Assembly: GCA_013239625.1 (NCBI GenBank)
Contig: MU053876.1
Location: forward strand, 51,394 to 115,393
Origin: Lama guanicoe
Lineage: Eukaryota
DNA: 64,000 nucleotides
Reading direction: 5' to 3'
The position numbers and the translations under genes were made by a program. The notes below the pieces were generated by a model. That model had not been told where the DNA came from and did no database searches. It worked only from the letters and a program-made list of their open reading frames with translations. Positions 50,201 through 63,868 of the stretch are shown here, in pieces; within the stretch, counting starts at the first letter, position 1; the number at the start of each line of letters is the position of its first letter.

Positions 50201-51578
50201 CTCTCACCTATGGAATCTGACTTTGATGAGCACCAGCTGTTTGACCAAGAGGAACTAGCTGTGAGTGATTTAAGTGATCCACCAGATCAGAGTCTGTATC
50301 AAACACCTGAATGGTGGATGAAACGCTTTCAGATACGATTGGAGTCATTTTTATAGCTGGCTCAAAGAAGTAACACAGAATGGGATTACTTCTTGAGCTG
50401 TTGGGGAGGCTGTGAATATAGAATCATGCTGCCAAGGAGAAGTGGAACAGTTCTCCTAGAATGCTCTGGAGTAAATTCAGCTGGGAGAAAAAGAGGACGT
50501 CAGCCTTCACTGTTTCCCAGCGCTTAGAATTTACATATGTGTTGAGAGACCGACCCCAGTTGCTCTGGTTCTTGGACTGGTGTTGAAATGCAGACTTGGT
50601 CAAAGCATGACTTGTTTAGACTCTTCCCTGAACTCACACTGTTTGGCCCAAACTTGGCTTATGTTTCTAATCTGCACGTGTGCCCACGTCAGTGAACAGT
50701 GCTGGTAACACCAGGAACCTGGGGGCATCTTGGACTACCCCCCCGTCCCACCCCACACCCGATCTCCAAGTCCTAATAATCCACTCGTGTTGATGGAGCC
50801 TGAACCTACCTGCTTCTCTCCATTGCGGCCCCACCATCATTCAGGCTCTCGGGATCTCACCACTGAATTACCGAAGGCGTCCCCCAGCTGGTGCCTTGAC
50901 CCCGGGGACCCTCCCCGTCACCCACTCTCCACACACTGCTGCCGGTGAGCATCCTCAGATGTGAAGGGGACGTTCCCGTGGCCCCCCAGCCTGTCCCACC
51001 GGTCTCCTTACCCACTGAGGCTCCTTTCCCACCGTCACTCCGGCTCCTTCAACCAACACCGAGTCCTGGAGGCTTTCTTGCTTTCTCATCTCTACTCAAG
51101 CTTTGTTTTTTGTTTTTCTGTGCAGGGAATGCCCTTCCCCCACCCCTTCCCCAAGGAGGGCGACAGGTGCAGACAGAGCTGGAGCTAGAATGCAAGATGG
51201 GTGTGCAAACACACGTGCTGACGTGCACACGCGCTGGGGCTGTTACTGGGAACCCCCAACCTTCAGGGGAGATGAGGGAGTGGTATGGCACCGTGTACTT
51301 TTTTTACTTTACTGTTCAGATTTTTCTATAGTGAAGATTGTGTAACTGTCTTTCTCTATTTTAAATTACATTTTCCCACCTTCACCTCCAGAGATTCTGA
51401 TCCAGTGGGGAAGAGTCCAGGATTCTGATCTTCCAAAGACCCTCCACAGATTCTGCTCATCAGGCAGTTTGGGAACTGTGGCTGAAACAATTGTTTCCAA
51501 CAGAATAAGGCAACTGACATTTTTGTTTTTAAGGAAATCCCCAATGCTATTATATAACCATTTAAAAAATTATTTCCT

Positions 51579-51584
51579 TTTATT
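51579..51584 (-). terminator. ZCWPW2: Candidate polyadenylation signal (AATAAA) for ZCWPW2, implying a ~450-nt AT-rich 3' UTR
   Basis: tttatt on + (AATAAA on -) is the first canonical hexamer I find downstream of the stop, followed by T-rich sequence on the minus strand. Confidence 0.5.
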
Positions 51585-52015
51585 TTTGCAGTAACTTAAT
51601 TCTACTACAAATACACATTCTCTAAGGACATTAGATTTGAATTATCTGTAAGCATTACAATAGCATTAGCAGTCATTTTAACAGTTAGCCACATTTGAAT
51701 AAAGGGTCTAAATAATCATTGTAAAGAATATATTTGTGTAGTAGGTTTCATAAATCATTTTAAATTAAGGCAAACAAGAAAAAAACTACAAATACAATAA
51801 CAGAGTTTCTTAAATTCTAAATTTAAAACACAAATACCATTTGATTGACTCAGAACAATGGATATTCTCAAAATATTAAGTAGAAAGTTATTAGAAATTA
51901 TCAACTTTGGGATAATGGGTACCTATTTCACTAAACATTTTTTAAGTTTTGACTTCGGGAGAATATAAAGATGCGAATGGCTTTCTAATTAACTTTTGAA
52001 AGTATCTATAATGCG

Positions 52016-52177
52016 CTATAATTCGGACATCAACGCATCTATTTCTTTAAACTTGTTAGTTATACTTTCAATGCATTCTCCAGCTTTCAGCTGTAGCCCG
52101 TCAATCACGAGATAGTCCTCTTCACAGAGGTCCTCAGGCGAGCTGGCCGCAGGAGCTTCAGGGCCGCATTTACAAGA
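52016..52177 (-). CDS. ZCWPW2: ZCWPW2 last coding exon (53 aa + TAG; SCKCGPEAPAASSPEDLCEEDYLVIDGLQLKAGECIESITNKFKEIDALMSEL*)
   Basis: Acceptor ...ggttatttttacag|TCT, open frame to TAG at 52018-52016. C-terminus matches recalled human ...EEDYLVIDGIKLKAGECIEDITNKFKEIDALMSEF. Confidence 0.92.
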   Translation of the reverse strand, partial: SCKCGPEAPAASSPEDLCEEDYLVIDGLQLKAGECIESITNKFKEIDALMSEL

Positions 52178-55100
52178 CTGTAAAAATAACCATACAGTTC
52201 ATTAGGACTACATCAAGTCTGCTTGAAGACCAGGCTTAATTATTTCACAAGTAAAACGCGAAGCAGTCTGTAACTCCCGCATCCACAGCAGGCACACGGT
52301 GTCCGCCACGCTGGTCAAACAGGGATCCCAGGTTGTACAGTAAGTGTGTTCATGTGAAAGTCACTTACTGAGTCACGTCTAAGTGAATAGATTCCCCAAC
52401 ATTACACGTTTCTAGTTTGATTTTATGCTTTGGAAAAATGTGGTCATTAGAATTAAAATTCTGGGAGTTTTCTCTATTTGTTTATTTAAAAGTGATTCTT
52501 ATGAGGAGGGGATACAAGTTAAGAGTTGTTTCAGGCACATTTTCTGAGATCACCTTGTAAGCATCTATATTCCTGACAACAAGGGAGAGTGTGTATGCCA
52601 GCTTAGTGGGAAAGGACACGGGTAAAAGAACACAACACACTCATTTATGAGATTTATAACTTCAAGGTTCATTAAAAGTAGAGGTCAATTCCCACACAAC
52701 ATAAGGAAAAAAATGTATGTAGCTTATACAAGTGCGTTCATGTATCAAAAATGTACCTTGTAATACAAATAATTATTCAGTAAATTCTGTCTTATTTGTA
52801 TATGGGTGACCTAATTTGTGAATTACTCAGGTGGATTTTATAATGATCTGAAATTAATTCCTTCCCATTTTTTTCCCAAGTCAGGGCATGTCAATGAGCA
52901 GTAATATTAGCTAAGAACATAATTAAAAAGGTGACTCTACTGAGGAAAATAATCAAAAGTATTTCAGTGACAAACTGAAATGAATGTTGATGATCCATGT
53001 GTGTCTGCCTTTTTCCCCGTTGCTCCTCCCTGTTCACTGGTCTAAGCGCTTGAGTGTAATCAACTTGAAACCTCATACAGGAAATGAATGATGCAAACAC
53101 CATCGAATTCACAACTCTGAAAAGAGCTCAGTCTCTGCCCAGAGAACAAACATGCTCAGAACTTAAAACTTAGCAGGTGGCTCTTCTTGGTGTGCCAGCT
53201 TTACCCAAAGTGGAAGGGCCACTTTCTCCTAAAAACAAAATGCGTCTTCCGTTTGAGGTGGGATTACCTTTGGAAGCCACATTAATATTTCCTACCAACT
53301 TAGAAAAAAAAGGAAAAAAAATAAATCCCTTAGGGGATCATTCTTTATTTTTAAACTGGAAATGGCTCCGGCTTTGACAGCTGGTTTCACTGCTATTCTC
53401 CTCATTTCAAAGCGAATAAGGCCCTGAGTAACCAAACCTGCATGAGAACCACGCTCATTAAACTTGGTGGAGAACAGCCCACGAACCAGTCAGCAGGCGG
53501 CACGCACCTGCCTGCCAGCAAGCTAAAGTGGTTAATTTTGTATAATTCCTCAGTGCCTTTTGAAAACCTAAAATATTACAAAAAGCCCGCTCTTGCCTGG
53601 CGATGTATTAAAACTAGATATTTGACCTTAAGAAATAAAAACCCGAAGTAATTTTCTGTTCTATCAGGTTACCAGTTATAATGGCAAAATAGAAGCCAAT
53701 TCTGTGGGTAAAAACTCCAGGCCATTTCTATAAAAATCAACCTGGCTGTGTTTTTGAAAAGACGAACTGCAAAGACTGGAAAAAAACACTGTATACAGCC
53801 ATATGGTGCTCAAACAAACACACATTTGCTAGAAAAGAATAATCTGTAAGTTAACTATACATATACAATATATACGTCACCAATCTATAGATCTTATTCT
53901 ACAAAAGGTAAGATCTACGGAGAGAGAACAAGCTTTTTAAGAAAGGGAACTCTAATTGAGAAAACGGTGTCCACAGTCCATGGCCAATCAGGGACAAGCT
54001 CGTATCACTGATCAAGAGGATGATTCTGTCTTTCAACTCAGTGAGTGTTTTTAATGTTATTTTTATTTTCTCTTGACATTTTGATCTCAGCTGTAAATTC
54101 TGTATATTTTCTTGACTTCTAACTCAATAAAGGAGGTGTTTAAGAATCACCTTTACTCTTGCTAAAGGTCTGAATGAACTCAGCCAAAGTGGGGAAATGA
54201 TCTTGTCCATCTACAAATCCACCGTTTTCTGCATCTCAGAACAGACTTGGGGGCGGGTGGGTCCTCACAATGAGAACGTGGGCAAAGAGATGCAGCGAGG
54301 AACCCTCAGCCCTTCCTCTCTCCAGTGGCTGCCAGAGCCAACGCTCATCTGTAACAGTAGCCAATTTTGGGGTGCCAATTACTGTGCGAAGCACTTTTCT
54401 GGTTTGCCCCATTTAACCCTCAAACAATCCTCTGAGGCAAGTGATAAGCAACTCTGCCAAAACACACCAGTCCTCGGTGGCAGGACTGGGACGGGGGCAC
54501 AGGCACCGGGTTCCGGGCTCGCTGTGTATCTGAGTGAGTGAGCGAGAGAATGAACGAAGCCCTGAGGACCCACACCTCCTCGCGGCCACTCGTCTTCCCC
54601 ACTATTTAGGGAACAGCTGTACCACCCCTGGGGAGCATCTGCCTTGTGACTTGCTTTTCTCACACCTGCCACACTGCTGCTGTGTGTTAATGACCCGGGC
54701 TTGGCCCCTGATTTTATCTGCAGAGACACGGAGCTGATGTGCTGAGTGGTTTGTCAACCAACTTCAAATTTCTGTTGTCACATGGAAGTACTGGATGCTG
54801 TAAACACACACGGCCTTTCTCAGCTCAACATAGTTGCTCCCCCACCAAAAAGAAGACAATCTAGTTAAGGCTAGTGAAACATATCCACGTGAGAACCTCC
54901 GCCTCCAGGGTGTTATTAAGGAGGTTTGCCCCCGTGGGGGTTGTCCCTGTGCAGGAACCAGACAGGGCAGATTTTCCAGACCGCTCTCGTCCTGACCGTC
55001 AAGACTGGAGCCCCTCAAACCACGAGCCCCTCCCTCTGCTCAAACACATTTTTCTTTTCAAAGACTGAACCATATATTCTGATTTCTCAACAGGCTGCTT

Positions 55101-55253
55101 AGTTTACTATCTACCCCGTGATAATCAAGGGCTCACATTTCAGAACTGAAAAAAAAAAATTCCCATATAATTAAAATGAACATCCAGGAGCAATTTCTGC
55201 CACTTAAGGAATCTGAAGGTGCTGTTCGGCCTGATAATAACCACGAAGCCTAC

Positions 55254-55375
55254 CTTCCCTGCTGCCTCCGTCTCCCCCTGCTCCTCTTCAGCCCCTTCAG
55301 GTGCTGCCGTGGGCTCCAGGGCTTGCTGAAGCATTTGCTCCAGCTCTTTCAGTAAAATTTCGGTCTCAGAGACAA
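55254..55375 (-). CDS. ZCWPW2: ZCWPW2 penultimate coding exon (122 nt; VSETEILLKELEQMLQQALEPTAAPEGAEEEQGETEAAGK)
   Basis: Acceptor ...ctgatgtttctttag| and donor AAG|GTAGGC. Phase 1 in, phase 0 out. Partly seen in ORF 55140..55334. Resembles recalled human VCETEVLLKELEQMLQQALQPTA. Confidence 0.92.
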
Positions 55376-55709
55376 CTAAAGAAACATCAGTAATTAGACA
55401 GTCAAAATGCTACATCTTAATTCATGCCATCCAGTTCATAATCTCAACCACCCCCAAGGAGGACATTCTCTAAATGTTAGGAGATAGAAAATAAATATTT
55501 CATATAATTTTCATGTCTGGAATTGGCTTGATGCAAAATTATTATGGGTTTCCGGGTCAATCTTTTTACAAGTACCCCCTGAAAAATGTAGGTGACATTC
55601 TTGCTATGTGTGGACCACAAAGTAGCCCTGAAGTATCAAAAGCTCACCAGAAGTTGATATTTTTTTAATAAGGAGCCAAGGGCACCAAATGAAATTGTTA
55701 TTTATAGAC

Positions 55710-55925
55710 CAGAGGTCAGCAACTTTTTTCTGTGAAGGGCCAGAGAGTAGATATTTCAAGCTTTCTGGGCTGGACAGTCTCCATCACACCTCAATTCTCC
55801 TGCTACAGTGCAAACCATATGTATCTGTATAAACCAAATGAGAGTGGCTGTGTTCCAATAAAACTTTATTTACAAGAACCGGCAGCCACTGGTGGACTCA
55901 GGGCCACGATTTGCCAGTCCCTGCA
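55710..55925. mobile_element. MER58-like DNA transposon relic
   Basis: cagaggtcagcaactttt...gaagggccagagagtag...ggctgtgttccaataaaactttatttac...ccctg. Confidence 0.75.
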
Positions 55926-58900
55926 ATAAACTATTCAAACTGCTATTTAAAAGGGGAGGCCTTGTAATTACGTGGCTAGGCTACACACAGGCTACGCTAT
56001 TCCTAATCAAAATATCAGTGCATCTTAAGGATCTGATCTGATTTTAAAAAAAATAAACCCACACACATAAAAGTTGTGGGGTTTTTTTTGCTATAGTGAC
56101 ATAAACATGTGAGTAGGCAAAAAATCTGGTACTTCATTGAATGTGCTGAGATAAAACAGTATTCCCTACCAAAGAAATTAACGCCTATAAACGTCCAGTG
56201 TAACTCTACAGAGGCGATTACTGATTAACAATTTGCAACTGATTCCCGATTTAAATAATGCGAACATTTTCATTTCAGACAGTCTTGCGGAAGCGAAGAC
56301 CAGGGGAAGGAGGCCAGCGTGGCCTGCCCCGACACCACAGACAGATGGAGCACCTGACAAGTCTTCCAAGACAGCAAGAGGCAAGGCCACGCACACACAC
56401 CCCATCACCTTCCACTCCAGTTGTTCCCATCTGACACACAAATCCTTTTATCCGCTGTTCACTGGCAGGTCACCAAAAATCCCACTAGGCAGAGCAGCTG
56501 AAAGTTCAGGGGACCCAAGCTGGACGCACCCTTCAGTGGTAAAATATTATCAATGGATATGGAAGCAAGATGTTCTCAGCAATAACATTAATTTCAATTT
56601 AATTGTGCATGTGATATACACATCCATTTGTCTGTGTGTGTGCGTGTGTTTACACTCACAGGTATCCTGTAAACCAAGCACGTTTTAAGGTAAAAAACAG
56701 AGATTATTAATGTGAAAAGTTCCAGTTCAGAAGAATCCATATTTTATCACCATCTCCTTTTATGCGATCCACACATATTTACTGAGTGCCTTCTAAGGCC
56801 GGGGACTTGGCAGGAGTCACAGAGCAGCGAGTTTCCTGGCATCATCCCTACCCAGCCCACCTCAGGCTTTCTCTATGGAAAACTTCCAGAAAGGTTTGAA
56901 AGCAGCTTTCTGATAAGCCACCCCGCACCTTGGGATCAGCTTCTATATTTGAGAACAAAACAAACCGACAAAAACCGTAGCTCACATGTTAGCTGTCTCC
57001 ACGTGGATCTGTGTTCTGTGGGAATCGCTAAGCCTAAGAACACAGCCTACGCACTGTTACACTGGAGAACATGGTCCTCAAAATTTGAGGGGTGTCAGAA
57101 TCACCTGGAGAGTCTATGAGGAAACTCCAAAGCAACCCCATCTACTGAACAAGGCTTTTCGACAGGAACGCATGTTTTTATTGCAGCAGTTTTGCTAATG
57201 AGGTTAACCTCTCTTCAGGACGGACTTCTTGCTTAGGGACCTGTCACCTCATGACACCTACGTGTGGTTCTCTTCACCCCGATTCCCCAGTCCCACTCAT
57301 CCCTGCTTCTCATTCTGAGTCTATGGAAATTGACGCTGACACTTAATGCACTGTTGAGAAGATGAATTTTGAGCTGTGCTGTAAAGGAAAAATGGCACAC
57401 AAATATCTTTATGTTTCTAAGGCTCGACTAAAATACAACCAATTTATGATAACGCAGGTCACTGCTGAATGCTTTTGTGGGCTCTCTGTTTTCAAGTGAT
57501 CTGGAAAAATATCTCCGCTGCCTTTTGATCTGAGGGTACACAAAGTAATGGATGACTTCATAAATCAACAGGGGTTCATGACACCAACTTGACTGATGTC
57601 AAATTCTGCTTCCACAGCAACAGGAGGCTTGCTATTCTCAACAGGTATTTCTATTCTGCGAACTGATGGAGTCCAAAAATAATTCTCGGAAATAGAGGTT
57701 ACTGTAATCTACAAACTGGGTTAGCGAAATTGGTCAATGAGGTCCTCCGAGGATGGAGACAGGATGAATGCCTGTGCTTACTGCCTGGCCAGTCTTCATC
57801 TATCAACCCTGATTATCCTGTGCTTTTCCTGACTTGCTTCAATTTGTTGTTGAGAGTCAAGTGGTGCATGATAGCTGTTCTATCACAGAAAAATTAAAAA
57901 AAAAAAAGGAGGAAAAAAAAGGATCCCATACTGAAGTCTGCATTTGGCTTTTAAAAATGAATTTTTGTAAAATAAATCAGTGTTGTTTTTCCGTTCCTGA
58001 CAAGAAATAACTTATTGTTTGTCTCAATAAATTGGTCACTATTTTAAAAGCCTTCAGATTTATATTTATGAAGTTTGGGTTAATCTCTGTTTCTCTATTC
58101 AGTGTTTAAACAAGCTGTTTCCTCCCTCATACAAAGGGGCTGGGTTACTTCTCGCCTGGCACTGAAAACATCATCTTAAATACATTTTCAGGGCCATTTC
58201 AATATTGAAATTTTGAAGCCATTCTTACAGAGAAGTGGGGTGAAGAGGAGGCAAAAGCATTGGTTTGGTTTGGTTTTCAATAAACGACAAACCCTTCCTC
58301 CTCTGAGAGTTCAAGATTCAGATGCAGACATGAGTGAAATCCAGGCTGACGTGGAGTGAAAAGGTCACCGTCCTGAGACACTAGCAGAAACAGGAGGCAC
58401 CGTGCTGTTTGGAAAGGGGCGTGCCGGCCACCCCCGCCCCCTTTCAGCCTGCAGGTTGAAGGTAACTCCCAACCAAGAGCAGGTGGGGGCAAGGTTTGTC
58501 TTGAAGAGTGAGACAGTACCTTTCTCCCCATCACCGCCCAGCCCCAGGCCTCCAGGCCTCCTGCCCTGGCCAGGCTCAGCCCATGGTCCAGACCTTTCCT
58601 GTGCTAACCATTCTCTGCTGCGCCCACCGGCCTCAGGTGGCTGATGATCACACCCTGGGCTAACTTATTAATGAATAGTAATAGATTATTAGTTAATCCA
58701 GGGTAATCCGTCAATCTTTCTTTATTAAAACTTTGACAGACTGTCTACTTCCCCAAAAGAAATGAGGTGATGACCAACAGAAAACAGTGATACAACGAAA
58801 CAGATGACAAAAACTCGAAGACTAAAAACAAAAGGAATCAAAATCGATTCATTAAGGGGGATACAAAGGGCGATAATGACGTTTAAAAGATGCTTAGACC

Positions 58901-61035
58901 AACTACCACTGCTGTACAGGATAACCATACATTTAGCTTTAAGCTTCTGGTACTCCAAGCAAGGAAGCAACTGTGAGCTTTGAGGAATTTTAAGAAGCTA
59001 TGGGACCTTAGAAAAATCATATAACCTAAGTGCTTCAGTTTCTCCACTGATAGAACGGGCGGTGTCAGAATTCCTATCTTACCTGTCTCAGAGAGATCTT
59101 GTGAGGGTTAAACCAATCAGTAGACATGAGATGTTTAGAAGAGTGAGGACACACAGTAACTGTTACAGGTGTTGATAATCATCACTATTATTGTATTATT
59201 ATTTCATCATCATAGATGAATTTTTTTTGTCCCTGAACACTGGAAAAAAAAATTAGTTACAGGGACGACACAAATATAATACAAGATATTACTGGCAGTA
59301 ATTTTCCAAACAACCCAGACATGCTCCACAAATAATTCTTAGATTAAATCTTTATAGAGCCATGAACATAGCGTTTACATTATTTAATGACTTCTCCACT
59401 TTTTCTATTATTTTCCAGAGACAGTGCTCTCTTTGTTGGATAAGAGGGCTTCCTCTGCCTTTCTTTACAGCAGATGAAGAAACTGATCCTTGGAGAGGTG
59501 AAGTAGCTGCGCTTAATTAACTCCCCCCGGATCTCTAACCAAAGGGGAGAGAAGTGATCGTGGAGCATAAAACCCGTACAGGCGCATCAGGGCTGGGGCA
59601 GCAGACTGATGGGGCCTTCAGGACCTGGGGGTGCGAGGAAAGAGGGTCCAAAAAGTGGGGCAGAGTCTCAAGAATAAAACGGTATAGGAAATAGGACTGG
59701 CCCTAATTAGGCTAAGAAGAAACGAGACATATCAGAGGCTTGGACCAAGAGATCCACAGGAATATGGGTAGGAGGTAAAAAGTCTGAAGAGGGCTAAATT
59801 ACTGGGAAAGAACCCCTCTTTCAGGAAGTCAGTCAGGAAGCGGCTCTTATAAAGAACAGAGAAGACTGGATGTTTCTGCTCCATAGTTCGCATGGGACTG
59901 GAGGAGTAAAATCCAGATCAGGCTAACTGCTCTCACAATGAGCCCTTGAGGCTTTCAGAGCCACACAGAGCGTGAGACTACTGAAAGGGCTTCCCGTTAC
60001 GCGGGGAACCGCTGAGATGCAGTCACACTGTGACACGGGAGTGTCACTGCCGGCCCTGGACTCCCGGCGGCAGTGGGTTTCCTCTGTGGGGTCCTGTGCC
60101 AGCTGAAGGGGAGAAGGGCCCAGCTGTGGGGTCAGGGTCTCCCAGTGGGAGCTCGGTTTAGGGATAGAATGATGTTTGCTTTTCCATAGGAATATCTGGA
60201 CTGATCACTTGAGGCAAAGGGAAAAAACAGCCAAGGGGGAAACAAAAAGGAACCTTATTAGCTGGAAGGCAGCAGCAGAATTAAGTTGAAGAAGAGACAG
60301 GAGCAATGGAATTCTGTTGTGCTTTAGGAGAGGAACAGAAGAAATTTCTTTTTTAAAATAACTGCTCTGCCCTTCGTTGGCCTGATCCTTTCTTGTGCTG
60401 AGACTTTACGAATGGCTTGCTTAGCCAGTTGAAATTAGTGTGTAGGATGTGGTGGTGGGGCTCCATGGGGAGGGAGTTTGGCTCTGATCACTTCTCTGGG
60501 TTTAATCAACTTTGAAACGTCTTCACAGGGCTGCCAAAGCTCCACCTTGCAAGCAAGCAGGTGCCGGCTTTTCAGGACGAAGGGAAATGCAGAAAGTGGA
60601 AAGCACTTCTGAAAGCAAAGGCTTCCTCCCCGCTTTCTCCCCACTGTGGTCTGACGCCTACGGTGGGCAATTAATTCAGCTGGAAGCCCCGGCAGGTGCT
60701 TTTCTTTCTTCTGTCCCTGGGGCAGCCCCCGGACCCTGGTACCCTGGACAGAGAAGTCTGGATTGACGTGCATTGATGCTGGTGTCTCCCCAACAAATGC
60801 TGGTACTTTATTTAAAAAAAAAATTAAATACATGACAAAGCCAGAGAAAATCTCATTCATTCGAGGGAACAGAAACTGAAAGTCATTGAAAAGCCCTCGT
60901 ATGTAAATCCGTCCTAAAAATGTCTCACTAATGTTTCTCCTACAAGTAAGTTTTTTTTCCTTCAAAGGACGACAACTACATTTGGTGAAATTAAATAGAG
61001 GTAAAAGAACTAAGAGTGGGCCAGCTTTCACATAC

Positions 61036-61103
61036 CCAGGTTTTCCTTTGATAACGCAGCATCTGAACAAACATTTTCGAAAGAGGATTCTAAAACAGCT
61101 TGC
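61036..61103 (-). CDS. ZCWPW2: ZCWPW2 internal coding exon (68 nt; (R)QAVLESSFENVCSDAALSKENL(V))
   Basis: Acceptor ...aaattctttttctag| and donor TGG|GTATGT. Phase 2 in, phase 1 out, matching both neighbours. Resembles recalled human KAILKCSFENVYSDDALSKENRV. Confidence 0.9.
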
Positions 61104-62069
61104 CTAGAAAAAGAATTTGACAGATTTAGTTCCAAAAGATCAATTGTGTATATTTAAATGACTAGTCATGCATATTCATTGCTAACTGTAAATGATAAAC
61201 ATCTATTTCTTAGCTTGAGGTACTTTGGCTTGGTGGTTTTACACAGTATGTGAGGCAGTGAAAAAACCAAAGGGGAATAAATGGATTCAATAATAATATT
61301 GAGCTCTCACCAGGGGAAAAGCCCTAACAATCTGCTCAGCACCTTACATGGCCTTTTTCATGTAATTCTCCCTCCAGAAACCTACTAAGTGACTGTTACT
61401 CTTATTGTATAAAGAAACCGAAGCTCTGAGAAATTGAGAAATCTGACAATGTAGGAAAATGGTTGAACATGACAGAACTAAATTCTGTCCGACCGCAAAA
61501 CCCGTATTTTTTTCCACTACACTCTGTTGATGACTTAGTCAGAGAACGTTTGTTCAAATGCGTTTTCTCTAAACATAAGAGCTTGAGAAAGCCACTTAAC
61601 TTCTCTAAGCCGCGAATTCTTCTTCTTTTAAATGGAGTTAATTACGAGACACCCCCTACCTATTTGATGGGGTTACTGTGGTGTAACACAGCACTGATTA
61701 ACATTCATTAAAAAAAAAAAACTGTATGGCTGGTTCAATGATAAACATGAAAACTTGTCATCAGTGGATTGTTATAAAGGCTTGTTTCTGGTTCGCATTA
61801 TCGAGTTTTAAACGAAAACCCTGCTTGTCATCTGGTTGCTCACATGATATTAATCTCTGGAAGTTCTAGTTCAACATATTTGTACAAACATGAAACCTTC
61901 TCCATACTTCCAAGACTACTACTTATCATTTTATTCTTTTAGAAAATTTAAAACACATTTCCCTAGAGAAACAGAGTTAAGAACCAGGGGGAAATATCAT
62001 ATAAAAATTAAACCCGGCATATATATTTCAATTTTATACAGAGTGTTTAATTTAAAAAAAAAATCAGAC

Positions 62070-62128
62070 CTTTTCCTTTTTCTAAATTTGGGCTTTTTCT
62101 TTTCAGTCTTATTTTTGGAAACTTGCAT
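62070..62128 (-). CDS. ZCWPW2: ZCWPW2 internal coding exon (59 nt; MQVSKNKTEKKKPKFRKRK+AG), basic NLS-like region
   Basis: Minus-strand acceptor ...ttcttgttgttattttacag| and donor AAG|GTCTGA. Peptide resembles the recalled human ZCWPW2 segment KQTSKNNIEKKKPKFRKRKR. Phase 2 end joins the next exon in frame. Upstream CW/PWWP exons lie outside the window. Confidence 0.88.
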
Positions 62129-62599
62129 CTGTAAAATAACAACAAGAAAAAGATGAGTTAGTTCATGTGGCATATGATGAGCTCAGTATAATAATGGATT
62201 CTATATGGTCCAAGTAATTTAGCTCAGAAGAGACACGCTGGCCCACAGCCCCAAACAACACCTGTAACTCTAAGTCACTACTTCATAATCACTGCAATTG
62301 CGCTGATTTGCTCGGCTCCAGGAATGGTCGCCTGATCCAAAATGAGTGCCTTCCCCCTGTATCCATTCTTCCTTCCTCACCTTCAAAACCACATGAAAAT
62401 ACTAAGTAAAACAACTTTAAAATTTTAATACATATATGATCTTTAAAGAAAGAAAAAGAAATATTCAGATGCCAGAAACATGTGGAATGCCAAGCTGTAT
62501 CAGTGGGAAATGACATGGTGAAGACCTCCAGGGAATGTGAACCAGGAAAGGGCCAAAAGGGCTTGAGATTGGAGTTTTAATGTCTAAACAAAGACAAGA

Positions 62600-63275
62600 T
62601 GAAGTATGTCGAGGAGCCGGAACCCTCATACATTCCTGGCTGGACTGGGAAATGGTGGAGCCACTTTGGAATACAGTTTGACAGTTCCTCAAAATGTTAA
62701 ACGTAGAGTTACCCTCTGGTCCAGCAATTCTACTCCTAGGTATACGCCCAAGAGAAATGAAAACACATGTCCACATAAGAAATGATGTCTTGTCAAAATG
62801 ATAAAACTATAAATACACATAACAGCATTCTTCATAACTGCCAAAAAGTAGAAACAACCCAGATGTTCATCAATGGACAGATATTGTAGTATACCCATAC
62901 AATGGAATATTATTCAGCCTTCAAAAATAACGAACTGTTGACACATACTACAACATGGATGAATCTTGAAACCATTACGCTAAGTGAAAAGTTAAAAAAA
63001 AAGTCAGACACAGAAGGCCACATGTTGTATGAGTCCATTTATCTGAAATGTCCAGAAAAGGCAAATCCACAGAGACAGAAGTGGATTAGTGATTACCAGG
63101 GTCCATGGGGAGGTAGAAATGGGTAGTGATTCCTAACGAATGTTAGGTTTCCTTTTGGGATCATGAAAAAATGTCCTGAAATTAGATAGTGGTATTGGTT
63201 GCATAACTATGAATCTACTAAAAACCACTTAACTGTACATATTATAAAGAGTAAATAAATTGTATCTCAGTGAAG
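62600..63275 (+). mobile_element. L1MB/MC-like 3' region
   Basis: ccagcaattctactcctaggtatacgcccaagagaaatgaaaaca...; MEYYSAFKNNELLTHTTTWMNLE. Confidence 0.85.
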
Positions 63276-63299
63276 GTCAGAAATTTTTAAAAAATGCAA

Positions 63300-63600
63300 T
63301 GACATGGAAAAATTGAAAGTAATGAAATAGACACAATATATCAATGATTATTAACAAAAGGAACCTGACGTAGTGATTTTAATGTTAGAAAAGAACAGAT
63401 GTTAAGGCAAAAAAAGCATAATCAGAGATAAAAAGAGTTATTATTTAATGCTAAGAGAAACAATCTACCCCAAAAGTATAACAGTCCTGAACCTGTATAC
63501 ACCTAAAATCTTAGCCTTAAAATATACACAGAGAAACAGACAACTACAAGTAGAAATTGATGAATTTACAGTTAAAATGGGCTATTTTCATTTACTTCTA
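63300..63600 (+). mobile_element. Degraded L1 ORF2 endonuclease fragment
   Basis: ..ITVLNLYTPK..ALKY..LQVEID..VKMGYFH resembles the L1 EN motifs (ITILNIYAPN...GDFN). Confidence 0.65.
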
Positions 63601-63868
63601 AGAAATTATATCTTAATAATAACTCAAGGAAAATTTATATGAAACATTCAGGGAATTCATGTTATTATGATGCTAGAGACTAAGTGGTCTTTTTGTGATC
63701 TTCAACCTCAAAGTAATATTCAAATATTTTTTTCCAGGACTGTTTCATATACATACAAGGTAGAAAAGCATATAGAAATATTATTGTCTAAATCATTGAT
63801 CTACATCTCCAAAGACAATGTAAAGCTATCATTTCTATCTTGTTTGTTCGGNNNNNNNNNNNNNNNNN

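Noticed and set aside
50210..50356. Acidic, protein-like short ORF MESDFDEHQLFDQEELAVSDLSDPPDQSLYQTPEWWMKRFQIRLESFL
   Set aside because: No promoter or splice context and no family I recognise. It is more likely chance or an ancient LINE relic; a tBLASTn/Dfam search would settle it.
59380..59568. Lys/Arg-rich minus-strand ORF considered as a ZCWPW2 exon
   Set aside because: No convincing splice sites and no similarity to the recalled protein. The flanking true exons already join in phase without it.
60435..61070. 211-aa minus-strand ORF
   Set aside because: It starts inside a ZCWPW2 exon in the wrong frame and runs through intron, with no coding-like composition.
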